Part shown: one piece after another, positions 46,232-55,720 of the stretch
Layout of the letters: each line of letters starts with the position of its first letter
Numbering within the stretch: the stretch's first letter is position 1
NCBI GenBank assembly: GCA_045588245.1
Contig: JAZNDW010000011.1
Coordinates: forward strand, 66,271-130,270
DNA from: Eubacteriales bacterium
GTDB lineage: Bacteria > Bacillota > Clostridia > Oscillospirales > CAG-272
Length of the DNA stretch: 64,000 nt
Direction of reading: 5' to 3'
Notes under the pieces: generated by a model
Seen by the model: the letters and a program-made list of their open reading frames with translations, nothing else
Database searches by the model: none
What the model was told of the DNA's origin: nothing
Program-made: the position numbers and the translations under genes

Positions 46232-48862
46232 TTATTTTACAAATCCGCGAACGATCTCTTCCGCTGCAGCAACAGCGTCGCCGATCTTGCCGGCATCCGC
46301 ACCGCCCGCAACTGCGCTGTCGGGACGTCCGCCGCCACGGCCGCCCGTTACAGCGGCAACGGCACCTACGATCTTGCCTGCGTGCGCGCCTGCCTTGACA
46401 GCGTCAGCGCCGCAGGAGCAAACGAAGTTGATCTTGCCGTCGTTTTTGACTGCGAATACGGATACGACGTTTGCGATCTCCGCCTTGAGCTTGTCGGAAA
46501 GCTCGCGTGCGGACGCGAGGTCCATTCCCTCGGCGTAAGCCGCGATGAGCTTAACGGAACCGACCGAAACGGCGGAACCGATGTACTCGGATGCCTTCGC
46601 AGCTGCAAGCTTCGAGTTAAGCGAGTCAAGCTCGTGCTTCATACGGCGAAGCTCCTCGGAAAGGGCTGCTGCACGTTTTGCGATATCGTTAACGTTCTGT
46701 GCCTTAAGTTCACGTGCCGTCTCTGCGATGAGAGCGTCGCGTTCCGCGATAAGAGCGAGTACGTTTTCGCCCGTAACAGCCTCGATACGTCTGATACCTG
46801 CCGCAACAGAACCTTCGTACGTGATCTTATAAAGTCCGATCTTTGACGTGTTGTCAACGTGCGTACCGCCGCAAAGCTCAACGGACGCGTCGCCCATCGT
46901 AACCATTCTTACAAGCGCGCCGTACTTTTCGCCGAAAAGTGCGAGAGCGCCGCGCGAACGTGCGGTTTCGATGTCGGTTTCGTCGGTTACGACGTCGTAG
47001 CCGGCAAGGATGTAGGAATTAACGAGCGCCTCCGTCTTCGCGAGCTCCTCAGATGTGAGTCCCTGGAAGTGCGAGAAGTCGAAGCGGGCTCTATATTCGT
47101 CAACGTAAGAGCCGCTCTGCTCAACGTGGTCTCCGAGCACGGTCTTGAGCGCCGCCTGAAGCAGATGCACGGAGGAGTGATTGCGGCGGATAGCGTTGCG
47201 GCGAGCCTCATCATATTCAGCCGTAACCGTGTCGCCAACGCTGCAAACACCGCGTTCGACGCGGCAGATATGCATATAAACGCCCGAATCCTTCTTCGTG
47301 TCGAGTACCGTCAGTTCGCAGTTGTCGCACCAAATGCGTCCCGTGTCGCCGACCTGACCGCCGCCCTCGCCGTAGAAGGGAGTTTTGTTGAGAACTACCG
47401 TGCATTCGCCCTCGGATACCGAATCGACGGATTCGCCCTCAGAGAGAATGAGCATGACGGAAGCCTCTGCTTTATATTCGGTGTAGCCTGTAAATTCTGT
47501 CTTTTCAAGGCTTGCAAAAAGAGACTTGGAAGCATCGTCCCAGCCGCCGCCAAGCTTTCTGTTGGCGCGTGCACGAGCCTTCTGTTCCTTCATGAGCGAC
47601 GTAAAGCCGTCCTCGTCGATACTAAGACCTGCTTCAGCGGCGATCTCACGCGTGAGATCTACGGGGAAGCCGAACGTATCGTAAAGCTTAAATGCGTCCT
47701 CGCCGCCGAGGATGTCGCCGCCTGCTGCCTTCGTATCCTCGATCATAGTCGAAAGAATGGACAGACCCGCATCGATCGTAGCGTCGAAGCGTTCTTCTTC
47801 GATCTTGATGACCTTCTTGATGTAGTCCGCCTTCTTCGTCAGCTCGGGATAAGCGGAGCCGTTTTCGCCGATAACGACGTCGCAAAGACGCGGCAGGAAG
47901 GATTCCTTGATGCCGAGAAGCTTACCGTGACGCGATGCGCGGCGAAGCACGCGGCGGAGGATGTAGCCTCTGCCCTCGTTGGAGGGGAGAACACCGTCAC
48001 AAATGAGGAACGTTGCCGTTCTGATATGGTCCGTGATAACGCGGATGGAAACGTCGTTATTATAGTTTTCGTTATACTTCACGCCTGCGATCTCGCAAAC
48101 TGTGTCGAGTATCTTTCTGATCGTGTCAACTTCGAAAAGGTTGTCCACGTCCTGCATTACGCAAGCAAGACGTTCAAGACCCATGCCCGTGTCTATGTTC
48201 TTCTGTGCGAGCTCGGTGTAGTTGCCGTGACCGTCGTTATTGAACTGCGTGAAAACGTTGTTCCAGATCTCAATGAAGCGGTCGCATTCGCAACCGGGAG
48301 CACAGTCGGGCTTGCCGCAACCGTACTTCAGTCCGCGGTCAAAATAGATTTCAGAGCAAGGTCCGCAAGGTCCACCCGAAAGATCCCAGAAGTTGTCCTC
48401 ACGTCCGAGGCGTACGATATGCTCCGCGGGAACGCCGACGACGTTGCGCCAGATGTCGTAAGCCTGATCGTCCTCTTCGTAAACGGACGGATAAAGAAGC
48501 TCTTCGGGAATCTCGAGAGTCTTCGTTAAAAACTCCCACGCCCACGGAATAGCCTCGCCCTTGAAGTAATCACCGAAGCTGAAGTTACCGAGCATTTCAA
48601 AGTAAGTGCCGTGACGTGCTGTCTTACCGACGTTGTCGATATCAAGCGTACGGACGCACTTCTGGCACGTCGTGACGCGGCGGCGCGGCGGCTCTTCTTC
48701 GCCCGTGAAATACTTCTTCATCGGTGCCATTCCTGCGTTGATGAGAAGCAGGCTGTTATCGTTTATCGGCACGAGCGGAAAGCTCGGCAGACGAAGATGT
48801 CCTTTGGATTCAAAAAAGCTCAAATACTTCTCACGAAGTACGTTAAGTGATTGCCACTCCAT
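46232..48862 (-). CDS. alaS: Alanyl-tRNA synthetase
   Basis: LLINAGM, RHGTYFEMLGNFSFGDYFK, DTGMGLER, ELCGGTH, GGRGGGRP. Confidence 0.98.
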   Translation of the reverse strand: MEWQSLNVLREKYLSFFESKGHLRLPSFPLVPINDNSLLLINAGMAPMKKYFTGEEEPPRRRVTTCQKCVRTLDIDNVGKTARHGTYFEMLGNFSFGDYFKGEAIPWAWEFLTKTLEIPEELLYPSVYEEDDQAYDIWRNVVGVPAEHIVRLGREDNFWDLSGGPCGPCSEIYFDRGLKYGCGKPDCAPGCECDRFIEIWNNVFTQFNNDGHGNYTELAQKNIDTGMGLERLACVMQDVDNLFEVDTIRKILDTVCEIAGVKYNENYNNDVSIRVITDHIRTATFLICDGVLPSNEGRGYILRRVLRRASRHGKLLGIKESFLPRLCDVVIGENGSAYPELTKKADYIKKVIKIEEERFDATIDAGLSILSTMIEDTKAAGGDILGGEDAFKLYDTFGFPVDLTREIAAEAGLSIDEDGFTSLMKEQKARARANRKLGGGWDDASKSLFASLEKTEFTGYTEYKAEASVMLILSEGESVDSVSEGECTVVLNKTPFYGEGGGQVGDTGRIWCDNCELTVLDTKKDSGVYMHICRVERGVCSVGDTVTAEYDEARRNAIRRNHSSVHLLQAALKTVLGDHVEQSGSYVDEYRARFDFSHFQGLTSEELAKTEALVNSYILAGYDVVTDETDIETARSRGALALFGEKYGALVRMVTMGDASVELCGGTHVDNTSKIGLYKITYEGSVAAGIRRIEAVTGENVLALIAERDALIAETARELKAQNVNDIAKRAAALSEELRRMKHELDSLNSKLAAAKASEYIGSAVSVGSVKLIAAYAEGMDLASARELSDKLKAEIANVVSVFAVKNDGKINFVCSCGADAVKAGAHAGKIVGAVAAVTGGRGGGRPDSAVAGGADAGKIGDAVAAAEEIVRGFVK

Positions 48863-48966
48863 ATATTTTTAACCTCCGAAAACGTGCGCCGTAGGCGCAC
48901 ATATCATTATTTGCTGTCATGTGAGCAAAGCTCAACAATTTATTATATACCCGCAAGCAAATGTTG

Positions 48967-50085
48967 TCAACGATTATGTTGACTTTTAAGACGTTTTCCG
49001 CGTTTCATCGTCACCCATAGCAGTAGTAGCGACGTCGGCAGTGCCGCTATAGCCGCAACTATAGGTGCGGTGACGCTCTCGCTTGCGATCCACAACCAAT
49101 ACGTCGGCGTGATACGGCGAATCGCCTCTGTCGCGGGCAAAAATGATGTCACGTCAAAATAAACGGGACACAAAACAAGCGTCAAGATCACGATATAAAC
49201 GGAGAGCATCTGCATACGTCCCGCGTCGCGCAAGAGCGCCGCCGACGCAAGTGCAAAAGACGATGTCAGCACCGTATAAACGAAAACTGGTGCAAAATGC
49301 TCCCATAAAAGTGTGTCATCCGCCAGGTGTCTAAACACTTCAGCCGACACAGCATACGTAGCAAGAATCAAAAGCTCCCGCACCGCAAGCGTTGGCAAAA
49401 CGGCACAGAAAAGCGTTCGTCCGGCACCGATGCGTCCGCACAGCGGCGCTATGTCACAGCGCAAGATGTCGCAGGCGGTATACATCATCATTGTAAAGAT
49501 GAAAAGCGATGCAAAGGTAAGAGTGTACGTCACATCTCTGTTGTCAGGCAAGCCATCGCCGCCGTCTGCGCTCTCTATCGCAAACGTGAAAAGCAGTCCT
49601 TGTGACAGCTTTTCATGAAACGCCTCCGCCATCTCCTCCGCGGTTATTTCGTTCCCCGGCAGAAACGACGCCGCCATGTAAGGCGCATATTCAGTATAAA
49701 CGGCAGCAACGACGTGATTTCTATAGAGATCTGCGGCAAAGGAGATCGGCGTTTCCATAAACAGAATAACGCCGTCAAGCTCGCCGGAACGAACCATTTC
49801 ATCAATTCCCAAAGGGATAACGGCACCGCAATCGTAGATGCCCGACTCTATCCCCGAGCGAAGCTCAGCTTCGCTCTCACACAGTATAAATCCGTCCTCG
49901 GCAAGCCTTGATGCTATTCGCTGTGCGGTCTGCCCTCCGTCAAGATCAACGAGCCCTGCCGGCGGAAGCGACTCACTTTGTCCCAGTGAAGGTGCAAAAT
50001 ATATCGCCAATCCGAAAATGATAAGCAGCACGGGAAAATAAACGGAGCGTACCGACCGTTTGAAAGCCAAACCGATGTATCTCAC
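48967..50085 (-). CDS. ABC-2 type transporter permease
   Basis: N-terminal TM, extracellular domain (GLVDLDGG, CGAVIP), multiple C-terminal TMs, TPTYW. Confidence 0.75.
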   Translation of the reverse strand: MRYIGLAFKRSVRSVYFPVLLIIFGLAIYFAPSLGQSESLPPAGLVDLDGGQTAQRIASRLAEDGFILCESEAELRSGIESGIYDCGAVIPLGIDEMVRSGELDGVILFMETPISFAADLYRNHVVAAVYTEYAPYMAASFLPGNEITAEEMAEAFHEKLSQGLLFTFAIESADGGDGLPDNRDVTYTLTFASLFIFTMMMYTACDILRCDIAPLCGRIGAGRTLFCAVLPTLAVRELLILATYAVSAEVFRHLADDTLLWEHFAPVFVYTVLTSSFALASAALLRDAGRMQMLSVYIVILTLVLCPVYFDVTSFLPATEAIRRITPTYWLWIASESVTAPIVAAIAALPTSLLLLWVTMKRGKRLKSQHNR

Positions 50086-50089
50086 GTCA

Positions 50090-51268
50090 TCACCTCCTGC
50101 CTGCCGTTACGGCGGCGGTATGCAGCCATATCAAATAGACGGCAACGGATGCATAAAAAACAGCGAGCGCGATGCCGAAAGCATCGGCATCCGCACCGAA
50201 TGCAGGTGCAAAAAGCGCCTTCGCCGCGCCGAACGGAGATGCGTCGCCCACGGCAAGTATCGCTTTCGGCAGCATTTGACGCGGAACTATACCACCACAG
50301 AAAAGCATTCCGCCAACAGCAACAATGATGTTGCCCGTTATCCCGTCACCGACGGTGACGGTGATCGCCATGCCTATGACAGTTATATAAAGCGACGTTA
50401 TCAAGCCGTACAGAACTGAGTCAAAGCCGATTTCCGTCCCAAGCAGCTCTCCTGTTACAGCAAAAACGGATAAAAGTATCAAAAAGCGAAAGAAAAAAGT
50501 ATACATCAGCTTCGGCAAGAAAAATCTGCCGTAGCCGACGCCGACAGAGCGAAGTCGGTTTAACATCGAACGGTTTATATCCGTTGTATAAAGAGGAACG
50601 AAGAACACCGAACACAAAAAGAGAAACAGAATAAGCCAGCATAGGACGTAATACGCCGTCATGGACATTCCCGTATCGTAGTATTCAAGGATCTCCAAAG
50701 AAAAATAACGCTCTCGGGCGCCGATCGCCTCTTCGAGAAGCGCTATGTTCACTCTGTCAAGATAATCGCGGCGAACATCGCTCGACAAGCCGTGAAGCTT
50801 TATCAGGTCAAGCCCTGTAAAAGTACCAAACTGTCCTGCGCCGAGGATCTCTTCTCCGTAACCCGCAACGGCTGCAACTATCTCGGAATGTGCGGAAAGC
50901 TCCGAAGAAACGATAATTCTGCCTCCCGACACGCGTCCCGACAGAACATCATCAATGAAGCCGTCGGGTAAAATGATAGCCGCCGAGCATTCACCGCGCG
51001 CAATCGCAGCTTCCGCCTCGTCGGCATCCATCTTTTCCACGTCAAGCAAGTCACTGATATAATCGACTTTCTTGACTGCATTAATGAGGATTCGGCTGTA
51101 AACCGAATCCTCATTATCACAAACGGCAACTTTAATAGGTGTGTATACATCACCGACACCGTGGATCACAGCTCCTGCGGCAACGGCGGAAACCGCCGCC
51201 AGCACCAAAAGTATGACCGACGCGGACAATATACATTTTATAAACAACTTAAAGTCTCGTCTGAACAT
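50090..51268 (-). CDS. ABC-2 type transporter permease
   Basis: KVAVCDNEDS, AAIILPDGF, CGGIVP..MLP. Confidence 0.78.
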   Translation of the reverse strand: MFRRDFKLFIKCILSASVILLVLAAVSAVAAGAVIHGVGDVYTPIKVAVCDNEDSVYSRILINAVKKVDYISDLLDVEKMDADEAEAAIARGECSAAIILPDGFIDDVLSGRVSGGRIIVSSELSAHSEIVAAVAGYGEEILGAGQFGTFTGLDLIKLHGLSSDVRRDYLDRVNIALLEEAIGARERYFSLEILEYYDTGMSMTAYYVLCWLILFLFLCSVFFVPLYTTDINRSMLNRLRSVGVGYGRFFLPKLMYTFFFRFLILLSVFAVTGELLGTEIGFDSVLYGLITSLYITVIGMAITVTVGDGITGNIIVAVGGMLFCGGIVPRQMLPKAILAVGDASPFGAAKALFAPAFGADADAFGIALAVFYASVAVYLIWLHTAAVTAGRR

Positions 51269-51301
51269 ATTGTTATTGTTTCCCCGAAGGGATCTTAATT
51301 A

Positions 51302-52975
51302 TTACCAGCCGTAAGAAGGCTCGGGAGCTACTGTATCAGCCCATTCTTCCTCGCTCCAGTAATCGTCGCTCCAGTAATCGTCGCTTGTGTCATCGTCGGG
51401 AATATAGATATCGCCGCCAAGACCAAAATCAAAATCTTCGCCGAAATCACCGGAGGATACGATCTCTTCGATAGCCGCCATCACGTTGTCACGAAGCTCA
51501 TAGAAGTCATCCTCTTTCATTGTGAGAACGTCCTTGAAATCATCGATTTTGGGCATCTTATCAGACTTGCTGACAACGAGAGAGATACCTTCAATGTCGA
51601 TCTCCATCATGGGTGTTCTGAATTTTTCGAATTCAACTACGGTCGTGTTCTTTTCTTCGAGCATCTTGCCCTCAAGTTCAAACGTTACGTAGCCTTCATT
51701 TTCGAGAGAAACTTCGAAATCGCCGTCCTTTTTGTCCCATGCGAGATCAACGCGAACGAGAGTTTCGGAATCTTGCTTGCACTTGAAGGTAGCTTCAAAG
51801 CTATCCTTGGAATTTTCTTCTACTTCATAGGAGACCGTGATCTTGTCGCCGTATCCCGACTTCAGCTTGAGAGAGATTTCAGCAAGATCCTTCATTGTGG
51901 GACCGCAAACGAATTCTACTTCGTAAACGGTTTCCTTATCGTATTCAACCTCAGCGGTAACACCGACGATCATGCCGGAGGACTTACCGATATTGAAAAC
52001 AACGTTGATGTAGCAATCTTCGATCTCGTCGTCGTAATCTTCAACGGAGTCGATAGCTTCTTCGATAGCATCGTAGAATTCATCGGCAATATCGTCACCG
52101 TCTACTTCACCGCCGGTATAAGAAGCCAATATATCTGCGTAATCATCGATGAACGCAGCAAGCTTCTTATCGCTTTCAACGTATGTAAGAACGTCACGAA
52201 TGATGTTGACGAGAGCTTCGCCCTCAATAGTAATAATTACATCGTTTGTAGAAACGTCTTCACCGCCTACACGAATGGATCCGCCGACCTTCTCGATCAC
52301 AGCATTTGCCTTGATCGACTTTTTAGCAGCCTTGAGAACACCCGCAACGACCTTTTCGGCGTCCTTCATCATGTCTTCTCTGATTTCCATCAATTCCATG
52401 TACTCTTCGATCTGATCGTCTTCAATACCGAGAGAGAATGCACCGTCTTCGCCAAATTCAGAATGGCTGAAGTTTTCTACGATCTTATCAAGCTCGATAC
52501 CGTACGCATCGTCACCGAGGAGTGCTTCGGAGAGAATCGCCACCGTCAGCTCGTCAATGTAAAGCTGTGCCGATGCGAGCTCTTCGCCCGAAAGTGCCGC
52601 GCCTACACCTGCAGCAAACCGAAGCTCTTCTGCGTTGAAATAAAACTTAGCAGAAACTTCACCGTCGATCTTGGTGCCGAGGATATTTTCAGAAAGATTC
52701 TGTGTATCAACGACAAGCTCAACGCTACCGCCGTTGGCAACCTTGTTGAGATATTCGCCGAACTCGGTATTGTTCGTTGCGCTCAACGTCTTTTCAAAAG
52801 CATTCTCAACCATGCTGAAAGGATTGCTTGCAATAACGCCTACGATTGCCAAAGCAATCAGAAGGACCGCCGCAACAGCCGCAACGACAGCTATGAGAAT
52901 CTTCTTTGCTCCGGACTTTTGGGTGTCCACGGAAGTATTTTCCACGTTCATTCCGTCCATGTTCTTTTCGTCCAT
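51302..52975 (-). CDS. Hypothetical membrane-anchored acidic extracellular protein within the ABC operon
   Basis: Single N-terminal TM, beta-rich acidic body, DDYWSDDYWS tail. Confidence 0.75.
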   Translation of the reverse strand: MDEKNMDGMNVENTSVDTQKSGAKKILIAVVAAVAAVLLIALAIVGVIASNPFSMVENAFEKTLSATNNTEFGEYLNKVANGGSVELVVDTQNLSENILGTKIDGEVSAKFYFNAEELRFAAGVGAALSGEELASAQLYIDELTVAILSEALLGDDAYGIELDKIVENFSHSEFGEDGAFSLGIEDDQIEEYMELMEIREDMMKDAEKVVAGVLKAAKKSIKANAVIEKVGGSIRVGGEDVSTNDVIITIEGEALVNIIRDVLTYVESDKKLAAFIDDYADILASYTGGEVDGDDIADEFYDAIEEAIDSVEDYDDEIEDCYINVVFNIGKSSGMIVGVTAEVEYDKETVYEVEFVCGPTMKDLAEISLKLKSGYGDKITVSYEVEENSKDSFEATFKCKQDSETLVRVDLAWDKKDGDFEVSLENEGYVTFELEGKMLEEKNTTVVEFEKFRTPMMEIDIEGISLVVSKSDKMPKIDDFKDVLTMKEDDFYELRDNVMAAIEEIVSSGDFGEDFDFGLGGDIYIPDDDTSDDYWSDDYWSEEEWADTVAPEPSYGW

Positions 52976-52992
52976 GTCTAAAACTCACTTTC

Positions 52993-53652
52993 TTATAAAG
53001 AATTCTTTAAGATATTTTTATAAAATTGCAGAAACGTGTCCGCATCGGCAATCTGCTCGCGCAATTCCTCTTTGGTGTAACAGCGGATCTCTTTCCCCAT
53101 GATGATCAGCTTGTCAAAAAGCAAACGGAATTCATCAGGATCGTGTCCCACATAAACGACGCCTCGCCCTCTCTGCAACAACTGCCGAACCAATTTTACC
53201 ATTTCGTCGCGGAAAGTTATATCAAGAGAAGCTGTAGGCTCATCGAACAGCAAAACGTCAGGATCGCTCATCAACGCACAGGCGATGCTCACCTGTTTTT
53301 TCATGCCTCCCGAAAGCTTGGATACCCGCATTTTCAGATACGAAGCCACGTTAAACGGAAGCTCCCGAGGAACGGTGCATCCTGAGAGTGAAGCAAAAAA
53401 GCGAAGATTTTCCAAAACAGTCGAATCCTCAAGCAAGGCTGTGCCCTGCGGTACGTATCCGAGCTTGCCGTTAACGGTTATTTGTCCAGAGGAAGGCGTC
53501 AACGCTCCGGCGATAACGGAAAGCGCCGTCGATTTACCTGAGCCGTTTGGCCCCGCAATAACGATACACTCGCCGTCGGAAACCGTAAAGCCAAGCTTTT
53601 CAAAGACGACCTTTTTTCCAAACGAAAACGAAATATCCTTAACAGTCAGCAT
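52993..53652 (-). CDS. ABC transporter ATP-binding protein
   Basis: GPNGSGKST, LSGGMKKQV, LLFDEPT; start moved to ATG 53652. Confidence 0.92.
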   Translation of the reverse strand: MLTVKDISFSFGKKVVFEKLGFTVSDGECIVIAGPNGSGKSTALSVIAGALTPSSGQITVNGKLGYVPQGTALLEDSTVLENLRFFASLSGCTVPRELPFNVASYLKMRVSKLSGGMKKQVSIACALMSDPDVLLFDEPTASLDITFRDEMVKLVRQLLQRGRGVVYVGHDPDEFRLLFDKLIIMGKEIRCYTKEELREQIADADTFLQFYKNILKNSL

Positions 53653-53844
53653 CAGTTCACACCACAAAACAAACCTTGTATTGATGCCGTTTACCGTATG
53701 CCAATACAATAATTTATTTTCTACAATTAAATAATATATATCTTATGTTATGATAACACACGTGTCGAATAATGTCAATGGAAGTTTGCACTATAAAGAA
53801 AAAAAAGGCATCATCCAAATGACACCTTTTTCATCTTATGCAGG

Positions 53845-54849
53845 TTATTTATTTTTTATTCTTCCGTCATCATCGACCGTTGCCGATTCGGAACGTTCAT
53901 TGATGTCAAGTATTGCCGCCGTCAGTTCATCTCCCGTCAGCTCTGTAGCAACTCCGTCTTTCACCGCGCAAGAATAGTAACGTAGTATAGGCGCAACACC
54001 GACCGTCATCGTCACCGTCATATATTCTCCGCCGTCGCTTCCCAAAGGTGAAATACCGTAAACAACGGGCACTCCGAGATGATACTCAACGTCCGCATCA
54101 ACAGCTTCCTTATCTGTAACAAAAACGGCATCGGCGCCTGCCATGGCGGCAGATTCGGCAAACTCACCGTCTTTTGTTACCGCAATAACAAAGTCACAAA
54201 CTGCCTTTGCCGATGCAACAGCATCAGCATCTTCACCGACGGCTACCGCAAACTTTACACCGCCCGAAATATACGTGTTGACTGCCGCATCACCGTTTCC
54301 CGAAACAGCGAGATCTGCCGCATCAAAAGTATCGGCAAGACTGTCTGACATCGCAACTTTGTCAGCTTCGTCCGCCGTTATCATAACGGTCGTTTTTCTT
54401 TGATCGTATACGTCCGTAAGAAGCGTAACACCGTCACCGAAAGCAGCCCCCGTATAAATATCGTAAAGCACGGAAAACGTATAGCCCGTCATATCAGCCC
54501 ATATATTGTCACTGTACCCGCTCGACTCAATGCGGCGCTTCACAGCGGAAAGCAGGTTCCCGTTTGAATTGATATTCTCATGCGATACGCAAAAATTGAG
54601 AAATTCTTCGCCTATATCGTATTTTTTGTCCGCATCGGCAATAATAAGCAAAATATCCGCCCCGTCATCCTCCGGCACCGGCAGCTTTCCAAGCTCATCA
54701 TCGCTGTAAACGTACGGAAGCACATCGTTTACGGTTTTGATCGACAGCTCGCGCACGCGGTTCATGTATAGCACCGCCGCAACAGTCAGAAAGAGAAGAA
54801 GCACCGCCGATATTATGCGTGTATATAATATTTTTTCTTTCGTGTTCAT
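53845..54849 (-). CDS. Membrane-anchored protein with a degenerate CapA (PGA_cap)-like C-terminus
   Basis: N-terminal TM; DTFDAADLAV, AKAVCDFVIAV, AMAGADAVF, EYHLGVPVVYG resemble the CapA scaffold but lack its His motifs. Confidence 0.5.
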   Translation of the reverse strand: MNTKEKILYTRIISAVLLLFLTVAAVLYMNRVRELSIKTVNDVLPYVYSDDELGKLPVPEDDGADILLIIADADKKYDIGEEFLNFCVSHENINSNGNLLSAVKRRIESSGYSDNIWADMTGYTFSVLYDIYTGAAFGDGVTLLTDVYDQRKTTVMITADEADKVAMSDSLADTFDAADLAVSGNGDAAVNTYISGGVKFAVAVGEDADAVASAKAVCDFVIAVTKDGEFAESAAMAGADAVFVTDKEAVDADVEYHLGVPVVYGISPLGSDGGEYMTVTMTVGVAPILRYYSCAVKDGVATELTGDELTAAILDINERSESATVDDDGRIKNK

Positions 54850-55706
54850 TTTATCTTGTCGTACGATGGGGTAAATCCTTCAAAAATATAACATCCGCGT
54901 CTGTCGCGGGCAAGAATCTCGTCGAGCTCCGCCTCGCTCCTTACCGTCCAGTATGCACAGGGTGCACCGTACACTCCGCGCCACAGCCGAAACGAAAGAA
55001 CGTCGCATTGTTTGTGATTGTACGCAACGAAATCGGGACGACCGAGAACGTTGACGAACAGATACTCCATGATGAAGCTGACTTTGTTCTTTCTTCCGTT
55101 CGTATAAAAGCGCTCAGAGAGCTGACCGCGAAAAACGTCTCTACGGTTTATGCGGAACCACTTCACAACGTAAGGATTAAACGATTCTATAGAGTAGTTT
55201 TTGCCATATTTGGCGGCATATTCGTCAAGCATCCTTGAAACTTCAAGGCACAAAGGCGCAGGATCCTCTTCGGGATCGCACTTCAGCTCAACAACGAGTG
55301 GAACGCGTCCGGCGACTATAGCGAGCACCTCGGAAAAGTACGGTATACATTCGTCCCCTCCCACAAGCTTCATCCGATGAAGCTCCTCGGCTTGGCAAAG
55401 CGAAAGCTTTTTGTCAACGCCGGTCATACGCTTGAGGTTGCCGTCGTGAAACACGACGGCAACACCGTCTGCCGACAGATGAACGTCAAGCTCAATGCCG
55501 TAGCCGCCGTCAACGGCGGCTTTGAATGCCGCGATGGAATTTTCGGGGCAAGCGCTGTCCTTGCCGCAACTGTGAAGTCCGCGGTGTGCGCATAAACTTC
55601 CGTAAAATGCATCGTACTTCGGACGGCGGCACCGTCCGACACTCAAAAACGTCCACACCGCAGCGACAGCCGCCGCTGCGGCTATAACGGAATACAGTAT
55701 CCACAT
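54846..55706 (-). CDS. Glycerophosphodiester phosphodiesterase
   Basis: AHRGLH, PENSIAAF, IELDVHLSADG..VVFHD, VELK, IESFNP, WTV. Confidence 0.92.
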   Translation of the reverse strand: MWILYSVIAAAAAVAAVWTFLSVGRCRRPKYDAFYGSLCAHRGLHSCGKDSACPENSIAAFKAAVDGGYGIELDVHLSADGVAVVFHDGNLKRMTGVDKKLSLCQAEELHRMKLVGGDECIPYFSEVLAIVAGRVPLVVELKCDPEEDPAPLCLEVSRMLDEYAAKYGKNYSIESFNPYVVKWFRINRRDVFRGQLSERFYTNGRKNKVSFIMEYLFVNVLGRPDFVAYNHKQCDVLSFRLWRGVYGAPCAYWTVRSEAELDEILARDRRGCYIFEGFTPSYDKIK

Positions 55707-55720
55707 AATATTGATTTTTA

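Noticed and set aside
48863-48966. T-box upstream of alaS (and of hisS)
   Set aside because: The intergenic regions are too short and lack the GGTGGNACC motif; only a small hairpin (GTGCGCC-gta-GGCGCAC) is present before alaS.
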